Of a stretch of DNA of 64,000 bases, positions 60,092-64,000 are shown one piece after another. Positions within the stretch are counted from its first letter, which is position 1. Each line of letters begins with the position of its first letter. This DNA comes from Takakia lepidozioides (lineage: Eukaryota; Plantae; Bryophyta). A program made the translations under genes and the position numbers. The stretch lies in assembly GCA_030704615.1 (NCBI GenBank), contig CM060733.1, positions 48,422,001 through 48,486,000 on the forward strand, written 5' to 3'. Under the pieces are notes generated by a model. The model was not told the origin of the DNA. It made no database searches and worked only from the letters and a program-made list of their open reading frames with translations.

Positions 60092-63000
60092 CTCTCCTAA
60101 GTTACCTACTTACTCTCCTTCTTCACCCAAAAAAACTCAAAGCCCCAGAACGCCGCCCACAAACAGATCTCTTGTCCACCCACTCCTACACCTCTCAATC
60201 TCTCTCTCTCTCTCTCTCTCTCTGCCCTGGATCCAGCAGAGCAACGGCAGGAGTCAGACACAAGAAGCAGGCAGCCCTTCTCGGCCCCTCAGCCTGCTGG
60301 CTGCTCGGTCCTCTTCCCCGTGTGTGGGACGCACTGGGCCAGCGCGGCACCGTTCGTTCTTTTTTATCCCACATATCTCACATTCATCCTCCATTGTTAA
60401 CTCGTTTTTTATTTGTATTCTCTTTCTATCCAGCTTTTTCAGTTTTTCAGTTCTCACCCCACCTTGGCCAGCGGCTTGCCCCTTCCCTAATATGTTGTCT
60501 TATGGTAATCTTCATTCGAGGAGATACCTATTAAGATAAAGATTTAAAAGTCTGGAGGAGAGAGAGGAGGAGGAGAGGAGGAGGAGGAGGATTGCTCACA
60601 ACCACACTACACTCTCGAGCTTTTTTTCTCTTCGGATTATTGAGAAGATGATACAATTGGAAGAAATCTTCTAGAGACTCGCTCTAGATGACTAATAATC
60701 ATCCATTCTAGAGGACTAAGGATCGTAAGAACGATGAATGTTGCGGGAGGAACTGCAAGAGGAAGACAGCTTCTAGAAAACCACCAAAGAACCATGTGAA
60801 TAGCCAAGCCCACAAAGAACACAAGGATAGAATACGAGCTAATTCACACGGAAATACAAAGTGAGAAGACAAATGAATGTAAGCCTGAATGTAAGAAGAA
60901 GGCTTTGGATTTTCTTAGCGTTTCAAATCAACTCCGATTCGAGTCAGTTTATGTTCTAGAAGCATTGTCTAAAGGAGATAAAATAACAAGAAAGAGATAT
61001 ATCCCCCTCCATAGAAAAGATAAGCGCCGCCTTTTCCTTGAGATTTATTAAAAACCTATATGTACTAAGGCTAGTACTGACTCGGCTTCGCTACATCAGC
61101 ATATTACGATAGCAAGTTTTTCCCATGCGATCTTCGCTATGGGAATAAATCAGAGTCTGAGACTATTGAGATGATGCAATTCAGATCTGACATTTGGAAA
61201 TTATTGAATTGAAGCACATCAACATTAACAATAGTAGAACCGAAAGGGCTTCCTCCCTTTTTCAAAAAAAAAAACAAAAACAAAAACTGAAAGGTTGTTT
61301 CTTATAATCAAAATCCGATTGTTTGAAAGATATTGCGTGAGATCCCAACTTGACGAGCAATAAATCAAAAGGTGCTACATTGAATGTACATGTGACAACC
61401 CTTGTAAAGAGCTCAGATATCACAAGACTCTAATCAAAGTTGGCATGGCTGAGAGCCATTTCGTCTGATTGCTACTACTCCCTTTTGGGGGTGTAGGGCT
61501 ATATAGGGAAGAAAATGGTAGAAAATACAATATTTGGACATATGCTTGAGCATGCTATTGAGTTGGACTGGAGAGGACAGTTGATGTTGTGTGTAGTTGT
61601 TACTACGGTGAGGGACCTAACATGCTAGCCTTGGGGCTCTACACAACTTATAATCCTATTGCTAGATATAATTGGCCACACCTATTTAGCCAATGTATGA
61701 CCTCCATCATCCATGACCTATGCATCGATCGTCAACTCCACAAACTACTCTTCATACACCACGAAACTAGATGGTATACATCCATTAGCAAGATTGACCC
61801 GACTATATCATTCCATCATGGCTATTCACATGCTCATGTCTAATCCCCTATTCTTACCCTATATGTCTCTGCCCTGATATTTTAACAGTCAATGGTCTAT
61901 CCATCACCTTGTCCCCGCTCACGGTCTCTATAAATGACCTAACAATATCCTTTGTTGAATTCATTTGTAGTCATGATCGATACCTTATGCTTGTCATTCT
62001 CTCTAAGTGTGAAAAATATGCTCTGCTCATAGCAACCCTAAAGTAAAGAACGTCCTTCTGAACGCATGACCAAATAGTGACATCAAATTTGTCATCAACA
62101 ACTTCAAAAGTTCGATTACACCTGGATGATGAATTATAAACGGTGTATCCGGCACTTGAAATTTTAGGCGTCGTCTTGGATATTTAGCTCTCAACATCTC
62201 CAATCACTTGGTGGAGGTTTGAAGCACAAAAGACCGTTGACGGTTAATATGATAAGCATTTGTTTCTTCTGGCCCGAGAGGATTTGGGGACTTCATGCTC
62301 TTCGTGGCGGTCATCGAGATACGAATACGAAATATCGTTAGTACTGATATAAGAACAAAACAAAATATGGAATTTATAAAGCTTCTTTCAAACCTTGCGT
62401 TGAAGTGCATCCGGACATGACATGTGCAACACCGAAGAGAATAAAACTCACATTCTTCAACAAAATATAAAAAGATAATTGGAAAGAAGAATAATGTAGA
62501 TTGAGTAAATACAATCTTTGACCCCCCTGAAATGTACATAGCAAAGTGGAAGGGGACAGGGGTTGGAGGGTTTGGCTGGAGACATAATGTCTCAGTTTGA
62601 TATGGATCGAAAACGAATAATACAGGAGCAATTGGGCCTTTCTTTCCCCCCTCCCCCATCTCCCTCCCCTCCTCCCCTCTCCCAGCCCCCTTTGCCAAAG
62701 CCCACATCAAGGAATGACCCCAGAAAAGAAAGGGGCCCCAGTATGGAGAGAGGTTGGTCCAATGAGTTCACGTCGATCAGTGGTCCCAAGACAACTGTAA
62801 CCAGCAGCGGCAGGTCTGTTCTACTTCTTTTCTTAGTGTCTTTGCTCAGAGCTGAGATTCAAGTTCACACAGTTATGGGCTTAGTTCATCATTATTTTGG
62901 CTTCATCAGAGTCTCACTTCTCTAGTCTTATGGGTTTTCTGTATGCTCTTTCTAGGACTGCAAGGAAGGGATTTGTTCATTGAAATCCCATTTTGATGAG

Positions 63001-63904
63001 CAACGCCTTCTCATCATCTTGCCTGTAGATCCCAGCAATGCCCAAAAGGAGAGCGCACTGTGGATTGTTGGGGAAATGTGATTCCATGACCCTGCACAAC
63101 GGGCTCTGATGCAAGAGGTTGGCCAGGACCTAGATAAATACCAGGATGAAATCATTGAGGCCGAGAGGTTGTTGTCACAAGGTGTGGAAGGAGAGACGGA
63201 GTATGCACGCCTACACTACGAAAAGATCAAAAAAAAGATATGGCAAAGTGAGACGTTTGGACAAAAGGCCATGCTTACAAGTATGCAGAGTACAAACAAA
63301 CCAAGCAAGATGAGCTATGGTGGCCAGATCTACCATATATCTTGGCAAATCTTGTGGAAGGATGCAACAAAAGTGTCAAATGAGAACCACACTCAAACTC
63401 TCTCTCCCCCTCCCTCTCTGGGCCAGAGGCAGGCTGCAGCAAGCCAAACAACTATGTCTTGGCTGTGATAAATAGGGGAGGATGGAGAGTGAGAGTGAGG
63501 AGCATTTGTTCTTTCGTTGTCCCTCTACTAGGAAATCAGGGCTCTTTTAGTGACAGCCATTCCTTGAGAGAAATGAAGATCACATGTGCTGTGTGTACAA
63601 AACACCCACACAATTAGGAAATCATTTGAGGTTGACTTGTAGCTCTATGGTTATGGCTGCTGGTTGTTAGGGGTCTACTATTTTGTTCTATTGTCTTTAC
63701 TTTTCTTTGTCCCAAAAGCTCTTTGAGCTTCCTGTGGAGTTATCTTTGTTTCTCTTCATATCTCTGGTCACTGGCAATCGTGTACATCACCTCTGTACTA
63801 CCCATGGGACTCAAGATCAGGCTGTAGATTCAGCTCTCAATGTCAGCCTTAGCTCAAACCCAAAAACCCCAGTACTGGATTACCATGTCCTTCCTGTGTG
63901 TGTT

Positions 63905-64000
63905 GTGCGGGTACCCGCTTAGGCGGGTTGGAACCGGCGGTTCCGGTTCCGGTTCCTGGGAACCGGTACTGGAACCGGGGGAGCAGGGACGAACCGGAAC
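63905..64000. repeat. GAACCGG/CCGGTTC motif cluster, probably the end of a TIR element continuing beyond the window
   Basis: Multiple GGAACCGG and GGTTCC copies; a similar degenerate cluster lies at about 50455-50610. Confidence 0.45.

Noticed and set aside
59982-60539. 185-aa plus-strand ORF
   Set aside because: Antisense to eRF1 exon 1, 5'UTR and promoter; low complexity.
61063-61100. Possible Helitron 3' end on the minus strand (gtagcgaagccgag..ctag)
   Set aside because: Hairpin is degenerate and no matching 5' end or second copy is visible.
62560-63470. Short ORFs with proline-rich and helical character
   Set aside because: No recognisable family or consistent exon structure.

Overview
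Eukaryotic, transposon-dense window, most consistent with a non-seed land plant (inferred from the class II KNOX gene, intron-containing eRF1 CDS, half-tRNA-primed Copia and self-priming Tcn1-like Gypsy). Host genes: an apparently intact 6-exon eRF1 (55157-60091, minus), a divergent class II KNOX/TALE homeobox gene (about 44497-47850, minus), and exon 1 plus upstream region of a tandem KNOX paralog (4628-10260). The paralog has a chromovirus inserted in intron 1, and a Copia, a hAT element and an inversion upstream. Positions 11-41 kb are stacks of nested elements: Copia in Copia with a CACTA MITE; a mosaic of intronless host-gene fragments (MDHAR, URM1, RPP1); and Gypsy > Tcn1-like Gypsy > CACTA > LINE. 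The standout is a decayed Ty3/Gypsy element (20722-26385) whose polyprotein carries a complete DNA cytosine-5 methyltransferase domain (motifs I, IV, VI, VIII, IX, X) in frame between the protease and reverse transcriptase. Also notable: a TTAA-flanked piggyBac-like MITE, a tRNA-3'-end mimic inside the LTRs of the half-tRNA-primed Copia, and a possible readthrough/NMD 3'UTR in eRF1. All coordinates were read by eye and no database searches were run.
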